38,798 nucleotides of DNA, from IMG/VR virus record IMGVR_UViG_2703718804_000009; one strand, written 5' to 3'. Each line of letters begins with the position of its first letter. The stretch's first letter is position 1. Source of the DNA: a virus (taxonomy: Duplodnaviria; Heunggongvirae; Uroviricota; Caudoviricetes). The notes under the pieces are model-generated. The model was not told the origin of the DNA. It ran no database searches and was given only the letters and a program-made list of their open reading frames with translations. Of this stretch, positions 15,916 through 25,769 are shown piece by piece. Both the position numbers and the translations under genes were made by a program.

Positions 15916-16379
15916 GCAGAGTCGCCGCGATTATTTATGCTCTGGTTATCTGCATCATCGTCTGCCTGTCGTGGGCGGTCAATCATTACCGTGATAACGC
16001 CATCGCCTACAAAGAACAGCGTGATAAAAAAGTCAGTGAGCTGAAGCTGGCGATCGCCACCATCGCTGACATGCAGCAGCGTCAGCGTGATGTTGCTGCG
16101 CTCGATGCAAAGTACTCGAGAGAATTAGCCAATGCGCAAGCTGAAAATGAAACTCTGCGCGCTGATGTTGCCGCTGGCCGTAAGCGCCTGCGGGTCAATG
16201 CCAGTTGCTCCGCAGCCGTGCGTGAAGCCACCGGACCCACCAGCGTGGATAATGCAACCATCCCCCGACTGGCAGACACCGCTGAACGGGATTATTTCAC
16301 CCTCAGAGACCGATTGATGACGATGCAGATGCAACTGGAAGGGGCGCAGGAATATATCCGCACTCAGTGCATTAAGTAG
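15897..16379 (+). CDS. Rz i-spanin
   Basis: N-terminal TM segment followed by a coiled-coil-like region; overlaps the endolysin stop; start is TTG at 15897 or GTG at 15912. Confidence 0.75.
   Translation: MGDRSVSRVAAIIYALVICIIVCLSWAVNHYRDNAIAYKEQRDKKVSELKLAIATIADMQQRQRDVAALDAKYSRELANAQAENETLRADVAAGRKRLRVNASCSAAVREATGPTSVDNATIPRLADTAERDYFTLRDRLMTMQMQLEGAQEYIRTQCIK
16132..16317 (+). CDS. Rz1 o-spanin lipoprotein, embedded in the +1 frame of Rz
   Basis: 61 aa; lipobox LAVSAC; proline-rich mature region; entirely inside Rz. Confidence 0.8.
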   Translation: MRKLKMKLCALMLPLAVSACGSMPVAPQPCVKPPDPPAWIMQPSPDWQTPLNGIISPSETD

Positions 16380-16421
16380 CCTTTTTATCGTGGTAAACAT
16401 TTCGCAGGGTATGAGGTATTT

Positions 16422-16772
16422 ATGCCATCACGAATCCCACGCGCCTGCCGTAAGCGTGGATGTGCAGGTACAACCACAGACAGTTCTGGTTACTGCGATA
16501 AACATCGTGGCGAAGGATGGGTACAGCATCAACGCGGACTGAGCCGCCACCAGCGTGGCTATGGCTCGAAATGGGATGCCATACGTGCGCGCATACTGAA
16601 GCGTGATAATCATCTGTGTCAGAACTGCCTGCGCAATGGGAGAGCCGTTGAAGCCAGAACTGTGGACCACATCATTCCGAAAGCTCATGGTGGCACGGAT
16701 GCAGACAGTAACCTGCAGAGTCTGTGCTGGCCCTGTCATAAAGCAAAAACAGCGCGCGAACGCATCAATTGA
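16422..16772 (+). CDS. HNH endonuclease (packaging-associated)
   Basis: Cys-rich N-terminus plus an HNH motif (DHIIPKAHGGTDADSNLQSLCWPCH); directly upstream of terS. Confidence 0.8.
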   Translation: MPSRIPRACRKRGCAGTTTDSSGYCDKHRGEGWVQHQRGLSRHQRGYGSKWDAIRARILKRDNHLCQNCLRNGRAVEARTVDHIIPKAHGGTDADSNLQSLCWPCHKAKTARERIN

Positions 16773-16919
16773 TAACAGTTCCCATCTGTAGGGGAGGGGC
16801 GGGTCAAATCTCTGCAACCCTGGCTGCTCAGTACCGCCGCCTGACCCTTCCTCACATCGCCGCAGGTTCGAAAACTTTTTTTGGGAATGTTAACAAACTA
16901 TTGATAGGTAAAATCGATT

Positions 16920-17402
16920 ATGTCAGGACCTCCGAAAACCCCGCCACGCCTGCATTTGATACGAGGTAACCCCTCAAAGCGGCCAGTTAAAGACCCCAAA
17001 AAAACTGCTAAAAAGGATGAAAAAGGTCTCCCTAAAATTCCGCAACATTTAGGGGCGCAGGGGAAGTACTGGTTCAGGCGAATGGCGGAAGAACTGAATG
17101 CGGAAGGGATCATTTCCCAGCTTGATGCGCGTGCACTTGAGTTACTGGTGGAAGCCTACACCGAATACCGGCATCACTGCGAAACCCTCGATGTTGAGGG
17201 ATATACCTACCGCACGGAAACGCAGAACGGTGATGTGCTGATTAAGGCACACCCCGCGGCGGCAATGAAAGCGGATGCCTGGAAGAGGATCCGGGCGATG
17301 CTTGCAGAGTTTGGCATGTCACCGGCAAGCCGGGCTAAAGTAAATATCGCCGGACCGGATGATGTCGATCCGCTGGCGGAGCTTTTAAAAGCGAGAGACT
17401 GA
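16920..17402 (+). CDS. terminase small subunit
   Basis: 160 aa; basic N-terminus; immediately precedes and abuts the large terminase subunit. Confidence 0.75.
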   Translation: MSGPPKTPPRLHLIRGNPSKRPVKDPKKTAKKDEKGLPKIPQHLGAQGKYWFRRMAEELNAEGIISQLDARALELLVEAYTEYRHHCETLDVEGYTYRTETQNGDVLIKAHPAAAMKADAWKRIRAMLAEFGMSPASRAKVNIAGPDDVDPLAELLKARD

Positions 17403-19159
17403 TGGCAAAAGTGGCTGACGGGATCCGCTACGCCGAACGTGTTGTTGCAGGAGAAATTGTTGCTGGCGAATTTGTCCGTCTGGCCTGCCAGCGTTTTCTT
17501 GATGATCTGAAGTACGGCGAGAAGCGGGGGATTTATTTCAGTGAACCCCGTGCGCAGCACATCCTGAATTTCTACAAATTTGTGCCCCATGTGAAAGGGG
17601 CGCTGGCAGGCCAGCCCATTGAGTTGATGGACTGGCATGTATTTATCCTCATTAATATTTTTGGTTTTGTCATTCCGCTGGTGAATGAAGAGACCGGGGA
17701 AGTTGTCATGCGCAGCGATGGTAGCGGACGCCCGGTGATGGTGCGCCGGTTCCGGACGGCGTACAACGAAGTCGCCCGTAAAAACGCAAAATCAACCCTG
17801 TCATCGGGTATCGGCCTGTATATGACGGGGGCAGATGGTGAAGGCGGTGCTGAGGTGTATTCAGCCGCAACCACGCGTGACCAGGCCAGAATTGTGTTTG
17901 AAGACGCCAAAAATATGGTCAGAAAAGCCCGCTCGACACTCGGGCGGTTGTTTGATTTCAACAAGCTGGCGATTTACCAGGAGCAGAGCGCATCAAAATT
18001 TGAACCGCTTTCCTCGGATGCAAACAACCTGGACGGTCTGAACATCCACTGCGCCATTATTGATGAGTTGCATGCACATAAAACCCGCGACGTGTGGGAT
18101 GTTCTGGAAACGGCAACCGGTGCCCGTCTGCAGTCCCTGTTATTTGGTATCACCACGGCAGGGTTTAACAAGGAAGGGATTTGTTACGAGCAACGCGATT
18201 ACGCCATCAAGGTATTGCGAGGCTATAACAGCGACGTGGAGGGCGCGGTAAAAGACGACTCTTACTTTGCGATCATTTACACCCTCGATGAGGGAGATGA
18301 TCCGTTTGATGAAACGGTCTGGCAGAAAGCGAATCCCGGCCTGGGCATCTGTAAACGCTGGGATGATCTGCGTCGTCTGGCGAAAAAAGCGAAAGAACAG
18401 GTCTCTGCGCGGGTGAATTTTTTTACCAAACACATGAATGTGTGGGTAACAGCAGAGTCTGCCTGGATGGACATGATTAAGTGGGAGAAGTGCGAATACA
18501 TTGCCCCACGACATGAGCTGAAAACGTATCCCATGTGGGTCGGCGTTGACCTTGCTCATAAGATTGATATCTGTGCGGCGGCAAAACTCTGGCGAACGGA
18601 TAACGGGCATGTTCATGCCGATTTTAAATTCTGGCTTCCGGAAGGACGGCTGGAACGATGCTCGCGGCAGCAGGCAGAACTTTACCGGAAGTGGTCGGAG
18701 ATGGATAAGCTGATTCTGACGGATGGTGATGTTATCGATCATGCTCAGATAAAAAGTGACTTACTGGAATGGATTGGTGGTGAAAACCTCAGGGAACTGG
18801 GATTTGACCCGTGGAGTGCGATGCAGTTCAGCCTGGCACTGGCTGAAGAAGGGATACCGCTGGTGGAGGTTCCGCAGACGGTTCGCAATCTGTCAGAGGC
18901 CATGAAGGAAACGGAATCACTGGTCTATGCCGGGCGTTTCCATCACAGCAATCATCCGGTCATGAACTGGATGATGTCTAACGTTACGGTAAAACCGGAC
19001 AAAAACGACAATATCTTCCCGAATAAATCCACGCCGGAAGCCAAAATCGACGGCCCTGTTGCGCTTTTTACAGCCATGAGCCGCTTTCTGGTAAATGGCG
19101 GGGGCGTGAATGACTTTCTGTCCACGCTTGATCCTGATGAGGACCTGTTAATTCTGTGA
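17402..19159 (+). CDS. terminase large subunit
   Basis: 585 aa; ATPase and nuclease domain pattern; position between terS and portal. Confidence 0.85.
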   Translation: MAKVADGIRYAERVVAGEIVAGEFVRLACQRFLDDLKYGEKRGIYFSEPRAQHILNFYKFVPHVKGALAGQPIELMDWHVFILINIFGFVIPLVNEETGEVVMRSDGSGRPVMVRRFRTAYNEVARKNAKSTLSSGIGLYMTGADGEGGAEVYSAATTRDQARIVFEDAKNMVRKARSTLGRLFDFNKLAIYQEQSASKFEPLSSDANNLDGLNIHCAIIDELHAHKTRDVWDVLETATGARLQSLLFGITTAGFNKEGICYEQRDYAIKVLRGYNSDVEGAVKDDSYFAIIYTLDEGDDPFDETVWQKANPGLGICKRWDDLRRLAKKAKEQVSARVNFFTKHMNVWVTAESAWMDMIKWEKCEYIAPRHELKTYPMWVGVDLAHKIDICAAAKLWRTDNGHVHADFKFWLPEGRLERCSRQQAELYRKWSEMDKLILTDGDVIDHAQIKSDLLEWIGGENLRELGFDPWSAMQFSLALAEEGIPLVEVPQTVRNLSEAMKETESLVYAGRFHHSNHPVMNWMMSNVTVKPDKNDNIFPNKSTPEAKIDGPVALFTAMSRFLVNGGGVNDFLSTLDPDEDLLIL

Positions 19160-19317
19160 AACAGCTTATTACTGATATGACCGGGCTGATCGGTTTCGGT
19201 TTGCTCACTGCTGGCGTTTATCTGTATGCAGGTCTGCCAGCGTCCCTGATGCTGTCTGGCTGTTTGTTGCTGCTTTATGCACTGGTGGTGTCCATGAGGA
19301 GAAAGCATGCTTCTTGA
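19156..19317 (+). CDS. putative small membrane protein (53 aa, GTG start)
   Basis: Hand-translated MKQLITDMTGLIGFGLLTAGVYLYAGLPASLMLSGCLLLLYALVVSMRRKHAS; overlaps the terL stop and the portal start. Confidence 0.3.
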   Translation: MKQLITDMTGLIGFGLLTAGVYLYAGLPASLMLSGCLLLLYALVVSMRRKHAS

Positions 19318-20533
19318 TGCTCTGTTTCGCAGTGAGCCTCTGGAAAATCCCTCGGTTCCGGTAACCGGAGAGGCCGCTGAGACGGATAATATTTTTGCCC
19401 GGGATGTGTATGTCAGTCCGGAAACATCCATGAAGCTGGCTGCTGTCTATGCCTGTATTTATGTTATTTCATCCAGTGTGGCTCAGATGCCCCTGCATGT
19501 GATGCGAAAAACGAATGAGCATGTTCAGCCGGCACGCGATCATCCGTTGTTCTGGCTCGTTCATGATGAACCTAATGCCTGGCAGACCAGCTATAAGTGG
19601 CGGGAACTGAAGCAGCGTCATGTGCTGGGGTGGGGCAATGGTTATACGTGGGTAAAACGTAATCGTCGTGGAGAGGTTACCAGCCTTGAATGCTGTATGC
19701 CATGGGAAACCACGTTACTTAACACCGGTGGGCGTCATACTTACGGGGTGTATAACGAAGAGGGTGCATTTGCGGTAAGTCCGGACGACATGATCCATAT
19801 CAGGGCGCTGGGAAACAATCAGAAAATGGGACTGAGCCCGATCATGCAGCATGCTGAAACCATTGGTATGGGAATGAGTGGCCAGCAGTATACCAGCGCC
19901 TTTTTTAACGGTAATGCCCGTCCTGCCGGTATTATTTCTGTGAAAAATGAACTGAACGAACAAAGCTGGGGCAGGCTTAAAAATATGTGGCAGCGGGCGG
20001 TGACAGCGCTTCGCAGCCAGGAAAATAAAACCATGTTGCTGCCTGCGCAACTGGATTACCGCGCTCTGACAGTTTCTCCGGTGGATGCTCAGATCATTGA
20101 TATGACCAAGCTGAACCGGTCGATGATTGCCGGGATTTTTAATGTCCCGGCGCACATGATTAATGACCTGGAAAAAGCCACATTTTCGAATATTACGCAG
20201 CAGGCGATTCAGTTTGTTCGCTACACGATGATGCCCTGGGTTGCGAACTGGGAGCAGGAGCTTAACCGTCGCCTGTTTACCCGTACAGAACGGGCTGCCG
20301 GGTATTACGTTCGTTTCAACCTCACGGGGTTGCTCCGTGGGACCCCACAGGAGCGTGCGCAGTTCTATCACTTTGCCATTACAGATGGCTGGATGAGTCG
20401 GAATGAAGCCAGGGCATTTGAGGATATGAACCCGGTTGACGGTCTGGATGAAATGCTGGTCAGCGTAAATGCAGCAAATCCGTTGAATAACTTTAAAGAT
20501 ACGAAAGGCAAAGAGGAAAAGAACGATGAATGA
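19307..20533 (+). CDS. portal protein (HK97 family)
   Basis: 408 aa; position after terminase; followed by prohead protease and capsid genes. Confidence 0.85.
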   Translation: MLLDALFRSEPLENPSVPVTGEAAETDNIFARDVYVSPETSMKLAAVYACIYVISSSVAQMPLHVMRKTNEHVQPARDHPLFWLVHDEPNAWQTSYKWRELKQRHVLGWGNGYTWVKRNRRGEVTSLECCMPWETTLLNTGGRHTYGVYNEEGAFAVSPDDMIHIRALGNNQKMGLSPIMQHAETIGMGMSGQQYTSAFFNGNARPAGIISVKNELNEQSWGRLKNMWQRAVTALRSQENKTMLLPAQLDYRALTVSPVDAQIIDMTKLNRSMIAGIFNVPAHMINDLEKATFSNITQQAIQFVRYTMMPWVANWEQELNRRLFTRTERAAGYYVRFNLTGLLRGTPQERAQFYHFAITDGWMSRNEARAFEDMNPVDGLDEMLVSVNAANPLNNFKDTKGKEEKNDE

Positions 20534-21125
20534 CCGTGAAACGCGCTGTTACAGCGGGGAGGTGCGGGCGGAACAATATGATAATGCCCCGACCCACATT
20601 CTGGGGTATGGCTCGGTATTTAACAGTCGTTCAGAACCTCTGTGGGGATTTCGTGAAATCATCAAGCCGGGGGCTTTTGATGATGTACTGAACGATGATG
20701 TACGTGGCTTGTTTAATCATGATCCTAATTTCATTCTCGGACGAAGTTCTGCCGGCACGTTGTCATTGTCGGTGGATGAACGCGGTTTACGTTATGACAT
20801 TGTTGCACCGGATACTCCGACTATTTGTGACCTGGTGCTGTCTCCAATGTTGCGTGGTGACATTAATCAGTCCTCGTTCGCGTTTCGCGTCGCCCGTGAC
20901 GGAGAGAGCTGGTATGAAGACGACGAGGGGATTGTTATCCGGGAAATCACGCGCATTTCTCGTCTGTATGACGTCAGCCCGGTGACATATCCGGCCTATC
21001 AGGACGCAGATTCTGGTGTCCGCTCAATGAAAGCCTGGCAGGAAGCGCGGGCGAGTGGTGCGCTGAAGAAAGCTGTTAACGAACGAATGGCGCGTGAGCG
21101 TCTTTTGACCCTTCTTAATGCATAA
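20526..21125 (+). CDS. prohead maturation protease (HK97 family)
   Basis: 199 aa; synteny portal-protease-capsid. Confidence 0.8.
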   Translation: MNDRETRCYSGEVRAEQYDNAPTHILGYGSVFNSRSEPLWGFREIIKPGAFDDVLNDDVRGLFNHDPNFILGRSSAGTLSLSVDERGLRYDIVAPDTPTICDLVLSPMLRGDINQSSFAFRVARDGESWYEDDEGIVIREITRISRLYDVSPVTYPAYQDADSGVRSMKAWQEARASGALKKAVNERMARERLLTLLNA

Positions 21126-21139
21126 GGATACTACTGACG

Positions 21140-22357
21140 ATGAAACTTCATGAGATGAAGCAAAAACGAAACACCATTGCAAAGGATATGCGTGCACTGC
21201 ATGAAAAAATTGGTGATAACGCATGGACTGATGAGCAACGGGCAGAGTGGAACAGGGCGAAAGCTGAGCTGGATGCGCTGGATGAGCAAATCGCCCGTGA
21301 AGAAGAGTTGCGCCGTCAGGATCAGGCATATGTGGATGAGTCCGGGCCGGAAGAGCGCCAGAATAATGAGGCGGAGAACGGGAAAAAGGCGGTGGAAGAG
21401 AAGCGCGCTGCGGCATTTAACCGTTTTCTGCGTGCCGGATTTGCAGAACTGAATGCTGAAGAGCGTAATCTGATGCGTGAACTGCGGGCTCAGAGTGTAA
21501 CAACGGATTCTCAGGGCGGATATACGGTGCCCACGCAGATGCGTAACAAAATCATTGACACCATGAAGGCTTATGGCGGGATTGCCAGTGTGGCGCAACT
21601 TCTGACCACATCAACCGGGCAGGATATCACCTGGTCAACGTCTGATGGCACGACTGAAGAGGGCGAACTGCTGGCGGAAAATACAGCCGCAACGGAACAG
21701 GATGTGACGTTCGGGACCGCTATTCTGGGGGCTAAAAAGCTGTCATCAAAAATAATTCGTGTGTCCAATGAGCTGCTCCAGGACAGTGGGGTGGATATTG
21801 AATCTTATCTGGCAAACCGTATTGCCCAGCGTATTGGTCGTGGAGAGGCAAAATATCTGGTTCAGGGGACCGGAACGGGATCACCGTTACAGCCAAAAGG
21901 GCTGGCAGCGTCGGTGACGGGAACCATCCAGACTGCAGCCTCTGCCGCTTTCACCTGGAAAGAAATGAATGCCCTGAAACATGCCATTGATCCGGCATAT
22001 CGTGGTGGGCCGAAATACCGCTGGGCATTCAATGATGCCACATTGCAGACTATTGAAGAGATGGAGGATGGACAGAAACGCCCGTTATGGCTGCCGGATA
22101 TTGCAGGCGGTACGCCGGCTACTGTGCTGGGGATCCCTTATGTTATTGATCAGGCTATTGACGGGATTGGTACCGGGAAAAAATTCATTTTCCTGGGGGA
22201 TTTCAACCGATTTATCATTCGCCGCGTTACTTATATGGAACTGAAACGTCTGGTTGAGCGTTATGCTGAGTTTGATCAGGTGGCATTTCTGGCTTTCCAT
22301 CGTTTTGACTGTGTGCTGGAAGATGTGGCAGCCATCAAGGCGCTCACTGGCAAATAA
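21140..22357 (+). CDS. major capsid protein (HK97 fold, with N-terminal delta/scaffold-like coiled-coil domain)
   Basis: 405 aa; charged helical N-terminus; followed by a strong terminator. Confidence 0.85.
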   Translation: MKLHEMKQKRNTIAKDMRALHEKIGDNAWTDEQRAEWNRAKAELDALDEQIAREEELRRQDQAYVDESGPEERQNNEAENGKKAVEEKRAAAFNRFLRAGFAELNAEERNLMRELRAQSVTTDSQGGYTVPTQMRNKIIDTMKAYGGIASVAQLLTTSTGQDITWSTSDGTTEEGELLAENTAATEQDVTFGTAILGAKKLSSKIIRVSNELLQDSGVDIESYLANRIAQRIGRGEAKYLVQGTGTGSPLQPKGLAASVTGTIQTAASAAFTWKEMNALKHAIDPAYRGGPKYRWAFNDATLQTIEEMEDGQKRPLWLPDIAGGTPATVLGIPYVIDQAIDGIGTGKKFIFLGDFNRFIIRRVTYMELKRLVERYAEFDQVAFLAFHRFDCVLEDVAAIKALTGK

Positions 22358-22378
22358 CCACACGTTGTTCAGTTACAG

Positions 22379-22400
22379 ACCGCGCCGACGCGGTTTTTTT
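22379..22400 (+). terminator. intrinsic terminator after the capsid gene
   Basis: CCGCG-CCGA-CGCGG hairpin followed by T7. Confidence 0.7.
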
Positions 22401-22433
22401 ATGCCCGCACAGTGTTGCGGGCAGGAGTTTCTG

Positions 22434-22751
22434 ATGGCAGCAATAGTGGAAAAACTCAGGGCGCAGTGCCGTATTGATACAGATGATGCAACTGATGATG
22501 AGTTACTGATGTTGTATTTCCGGGCTGCCTGCCGCAAGGCAGAAAATTTTATCAACCGTAAGCTTTATGAGGAGATGGTGCCGGAAGGTGATCCTGAAGG
22601 GGTGCTTATAGCTGATGATGTTTTGTTGGCGCTCATGTTGCTGGTCGGACACTGGTACGAAAACCGGGAAAATTCCTCAGATGTCAGCAAGGCACCAGTC
22701 CCGTTTGGTTTTTCTTCTCTGCTGGAGCCTTATCGTTTTATTCCTTTGTAG
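22434..22751 (+). CDS. head-tail connector (gp6-like) protein
   Basis: Internal ATG of track ORF 22254..22751 with AGGAG SD; position after capsid. Confidence 0.65.
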   Translation: MAAIVEKLRAQCRIDTDDATDDELLMLYFRAACRKAENFINRKLYEEMVPEGDPEGVLIADDVLLALMLLVGHWYENRENSSDVSKAPVPFGFSSLLEPYRFIPL

Positions 22752-22759
22752 GAGGAACC

Positions 22760-23098
22760 ATGCAGGCGGGCAGATTACGTGATCGCGTAACTATTCTGAA
22801 TGTCACCACCGCCCGCTCTCCGTCAGGGCATCCGGTGGAGACGGTGACGGAGGGAGCTACCGTATGGGCAGAAGTTAAGGGTATCAGCGGGAGGGAGAGA
22901 ATATCAGGAGGTGCAGAAACCGCTCAGGCTACGGTCAGAGTCTGGATGAGATTCCGACGCGATGTGACGGCAGCTTCACGTCTGAAAGTGCTGACCGGTG
23001 CATTCAAAGGAGCCATTCTTGGTATAGAAGGGCCACCAATACCGGATGCACGCGCCACCCGGCTTGAAATACTCTGCAGCCTGAAGGGGAATGTGTGA
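22760..23098 (+). CDS. head closure / head-tail adaptor protein
   Basis: 112 aa; synteny. Confidence 0.65.
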   Translation: MQAGRLRDRVTILNVTTARSPSGHPVETVTEGATVWAEVKGISGRERISGGAETAQATVRVWMRFRRDVTAASRLKVLTGAFKGAILGIEGPPIPDARATRLEILCSLKGNV

Positions 23099-23544
23099 TG
23101 GATTTCAGTCTTGATTTTTCCGGCCTGGCGGATATTGCACGGGATCTGGAGACGCTCAGCAGGGCAGAAAACAATAAGGTTCTGCGCGATGCCACCCGTG
23201 CCGGTGCTGAAGTTATGCGGGATGCAGTTGTTGAACGTGCGCCGGAGCGAACCGGGAAACTGAAGAAAAATGTGGTTGTTCTCACGCAGCGTTCAAAGCG
23301 TCGGGGGGAAATTATCTCGGGTGTCCACATTCGCGGACGGAACCTGCGAACCGGAAACAGTGATAACAGCATGAAAGCCAGCGATCCCCGAAATGCGTTT
23401 TACTGGCGCTTTGTGGAGCTGGGAACGATAAACATGCCCGCGCATCCATTCATTCGCCCGGCTTTCGATACGACAGAGGAGCTGGCGGCGCAGGTTGCCA
23501 TACAGCGAATGAATCAGGCTATTGATGAGGTCTTAAGTAAATGA
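23095..23544 (+). CDS. tail component protein (HK97 gp10-like)
   Basis: 149 aa; synteny; start overlaps the preceding stop. Confidence 0.6.
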   Translation: MMDFSLDFSGLADIARDLETLSRAENNKVLRDATRAGAEVMRDAVVERAPERTGKLKKNVVVLTQRSKRRGEIISGVHIRGRNLRTGNSDNSMKASDPRNAFYWRFVELGTINMPAHPFIRPAFDTTEELAAQVAIQRMNQAIDEVLSK

Positions 23545-23885
23545 GGGAAGCCACACTGTATTCCCTGCTGTCTCAGTTGGCCGGAGGACAGGTTTATCCT
23601 TATGTGGTCCCGCTGACGGAGGGAAAGCCTGCGGTATCTCCGCCGTGGCTGGTGTTTTCTGTGGTGTCTGACACGGCGTCTGATGTGCTTGATGGTCAGG
23701 CTGAATCCAGAATTACCGTGCAGATCGATGTCTGGGCAACGGTGCCTGATGACGCAGATGATATCCGAGAACAGGCGCTTGATGCGGTAAGGCAACTTGT
23801 ACCCTCCGTTATTTCTAAAACTCAGGGTTATGATCCTGATTCCCGTCTGAGCAGAGCCACGCTTGAATTTCAGGTAATAGCCTGA
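23541..23885 (+). CDS. tail completion / tail terminator-like protein
   Basis: 114 aa; synteny before the major tail gene. Confidence 0.55.
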   Translation: MREATLYSLLSQLAGGQVYPYVVPLTEGKPAVSPPWLVFSVVSDTASDVLDGQAESRITVQIDVWATVPDDADDIREQALDAVRQLVPSVISKTQGYDPDSRLSRATLEFQVIA

Positions 23886-23906
23886 GGTCGTTAATGATTT
23901 TACCCA

Positions 23907-23930
23907 CCCGCCGCTGGCGGGTTTTTTTAT
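23907..23930 (+). terminator. intrinsic terminator
   Basis: CCCGCCGCTGGCGGG hairpin followed by T8. Confidence 0.65.
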
Positions 23931-23945
23931 TTTCAGGAGACGAGT

Positions 23946-24650
23946 ATGTCCTCTAATTTTGAGCGTTCGCAACTGACGAAAATTATGATTTCGTCTGCAC
24001 CGGTAACAGCAGAAACCCTGGATTCTGCCAGCTATCTTGGCCTGAGCTGTACAATCAAAGAGGTGCAGTTTACCGCAGGACAAAAGCAGGATATTGATGT
24101 CACCACGCTGTGTTCTGTTGAGCAGGAAAATATTAACGGTCTTGGTGCCGCGTCAGAGATTTCCATGTCAGGCAACTTTTACCTCAATGCTGCCCAGAAC
24201 GCGTTGCGCAGTGCCTATGACAATGACACCACGTATGGCTTTAAAGTTATTTTTCCGTCAGGAAACGGATTTACCTTTATGGCAGAGGTGCGTCAGCATA
24301 CCTGGTCTGCAGGAACCAATGGTGTTGTGGCTGCAACGTTTTCCCTGCGCCTGAAAGGTAAACCTGTGCTGGCGACAGAGCCGCTGAAAGTGAAGGTCGA
24401 TTTAAACAGCACGCTGCAGGTTTCTGCCGGAGCGAAACTCGAAATGGTGGTTGAGGCTGCCGGTGGTGTGCCGCCTTATTCTTATGTCTGGAAGAAAGGT
24501 AGTTCTCCTGTTTCCGGACAGACGGCGGCAACGTTCAGTAAGGCATTGGCAGTATCCGGTGATGCGGGCGCATATACCTGCGAGATTTCTGATTCAGCAA
24601 GCCCGGTTAACAAAGTGACCTCCACTTCCTGCACTGTAACCGTCAGTTAA
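23946..24650 (+). CDS. major tail protein with C-terminal Ig-like domain
   Basis: 234 aa; position before the G/GT chaperone pair; C-terminus is Ser/Thr/Val-rich and Ig-like. Confidence 0.8.
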   Translation: MSSNFERSQLTKIMISSAPVTAETLDSASYLGLSCTIKEVQFTAGQKQDIDVTTLCSVEQENINGLGAASEISMSGNFYLNAAQNALRSAYDNDTTYGFKVIFPSGNGFTFMAEVRQHTWSAGTNGVVAATFSLRLKGKPVLATEPLKVKVDLNSTLQVSAGAKLEMVVEAAGGVPPYSYVWKKGSSPVSGQTAATFSKALAVSGDAGAYTCEISDSASPVNKVTSTSCTVTVS

Positions 24651-24664
24651 TGAGGATGGGTGTG

Positions 24665-25036
24665 ATGACTAAAAATATCCGTAATCTGGCACTGGCAACG
24701 ATGTCGGGGTTTCGCCATAAAACTGTTGATGTGCCTGAATGGGAAGGGGCAACGGTTGTATTACGGGAACCTTCTGCAGAAGCCTGGTTGCGCTGGCAGG
24801 AGATCGTTAAAGCAAAAGATGATGAGACACCGTTATCCGTTGCGGAGCGCGCCCGCCGAAATCTGGAGGCAGATGTTGAACTGTTCATTGATGTTCTGTG
24901 TGATACCGGACTGCAACCTGTATTTTCAGAGGATGATCGTGAACAGGTGATTGCCGTGTATGGCCCGGTGCATGCGCGGCTTCTTCGGCAGTCTCTGGAA
25001 CTGATCAGTGATGCCGGCGAGGTTAAAAAAAAGTAG
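24665..25036 (+). CDS. tail assembly chaperone G
   Basis: Track ORF 24650..25036; the ATG at 24665 has a GAGGA SD; ends at the slippery heptamer. Confidence 0.7.
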   Translation: MTKNIRNLALATMSGFRHKTVDVPEWEGATVVLREPSAEAWLRWQEIVKAKDDETPLSVAERARRNLEADVELFIDVLCDTGLQPVFSEDDREQVIAVYGPVHARLLRQSLELISDAGEVKKK

Positions 25037-25338
25037 CGCTTCCGGGGATGCGTTTTCTGATGATGCTGGCACTCAGGATGGGGCGCACATTGTCAGAGTT
25101 ACGCCGGGAAATGTCCGCATCAGAAATTATGATGTGGGCAGAATTTGACAGGTTCAGCCCGCTGGGGGACGAACGGGCTGATATCCGGGCTGCCCAGATT
25201 GTTTCAGCTGTTTACGGCGCGCAGGGGGTCAAAGTGCCACTGAATGATGCGCTTCTTCAGTGGGAGAAGGAGCAGACAGAAGGCACCTCAGATCCATTTG
25301 CTGAGATTGAGAAGGCATTATTTGTTGCAGCTCGATGA
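24665..25338 (+). CDS. tail assembly chaperone GT, predicted -1 programmed frameshift product (slip at A_AAA_AAG, 25027-25033)
   Basis: The -1 frame is open from 25027 to the stop at 25336-25338 (track ORF 25048..25338 covers it); conserved G/GT arrangement upstream of the tape measure gene. Confidence 0.55.
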
Positions 25339-25395
25339 TCTTTTCACTTGACTGGATTATTATTCCCATTTTATTGAGAAAGTAAGGAAACATTG

Positions 25396-25737
25396 ATGGA
25401 ATTTTTACTTATTTCAATAGTTTTGGGACTAATTCCAGCTATTATTGCGAAAAGCAAAGGTCGCTCATTTTTAGGATGGTGGGTATATGGTGCGATGATC
25501 TTTATTGTTGCTCTGGTTCATTCGCTAGTAATCCAAAGAGATGAGAAGGCACATGAACAACAAATGGTAAGCAATGGCATGAAGAAATGCCCTTACTGTG
25601 CGGAGTTGATCAAAGAAGAGGCTATTAAATGTAAGCATTGCGGTAGTGCTTTAATTTGCAATGCAGATAGTTCCGTTTCACAAAAAACGGATGATGAATA
25701 TCTTCAGGAAGCAAGGCGTAAGGCCGGACTTCTTTAA
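25396..25737 (+). CDS. moron: small membrane protein with C-terminal zinc-ribbon (113 aa)
   Basis: Two predicted TM helices then CPYC-x11-CKHC; AT-rich; AAGGA SD; TTGACT -35-like element upstream and a terminator downstream. Confidence 0.6.
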   Translation: MEFLLISIVLGLIPAIIAKSKGRSFLGWWVYGAMIFIVALVHSLVIQRDEKAHEQQMVSNGMKKCPYCAELIKEEAIKCKHCGSALICNADSSVSQKTDDEYLQEARRKAGLL

Positions 25738-25748
25738 AGAATACAAAA

Positions 25749-25769
25749 ACCGCTTCGGCGGTTTTTTTT
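25749..25769 (+). terminator. intrinsic terminator after the moron
   Basis: CCGC-TTCG-GCGG hairpin followed by T8. Confidence 0.65.

Noticed and set aside
17572-18742. Minus-strand ORFs inside terL (for example 18140..18742, 200 aa)
   Set aside because: Antisense to a well-supported large terminase gene; no start signals.
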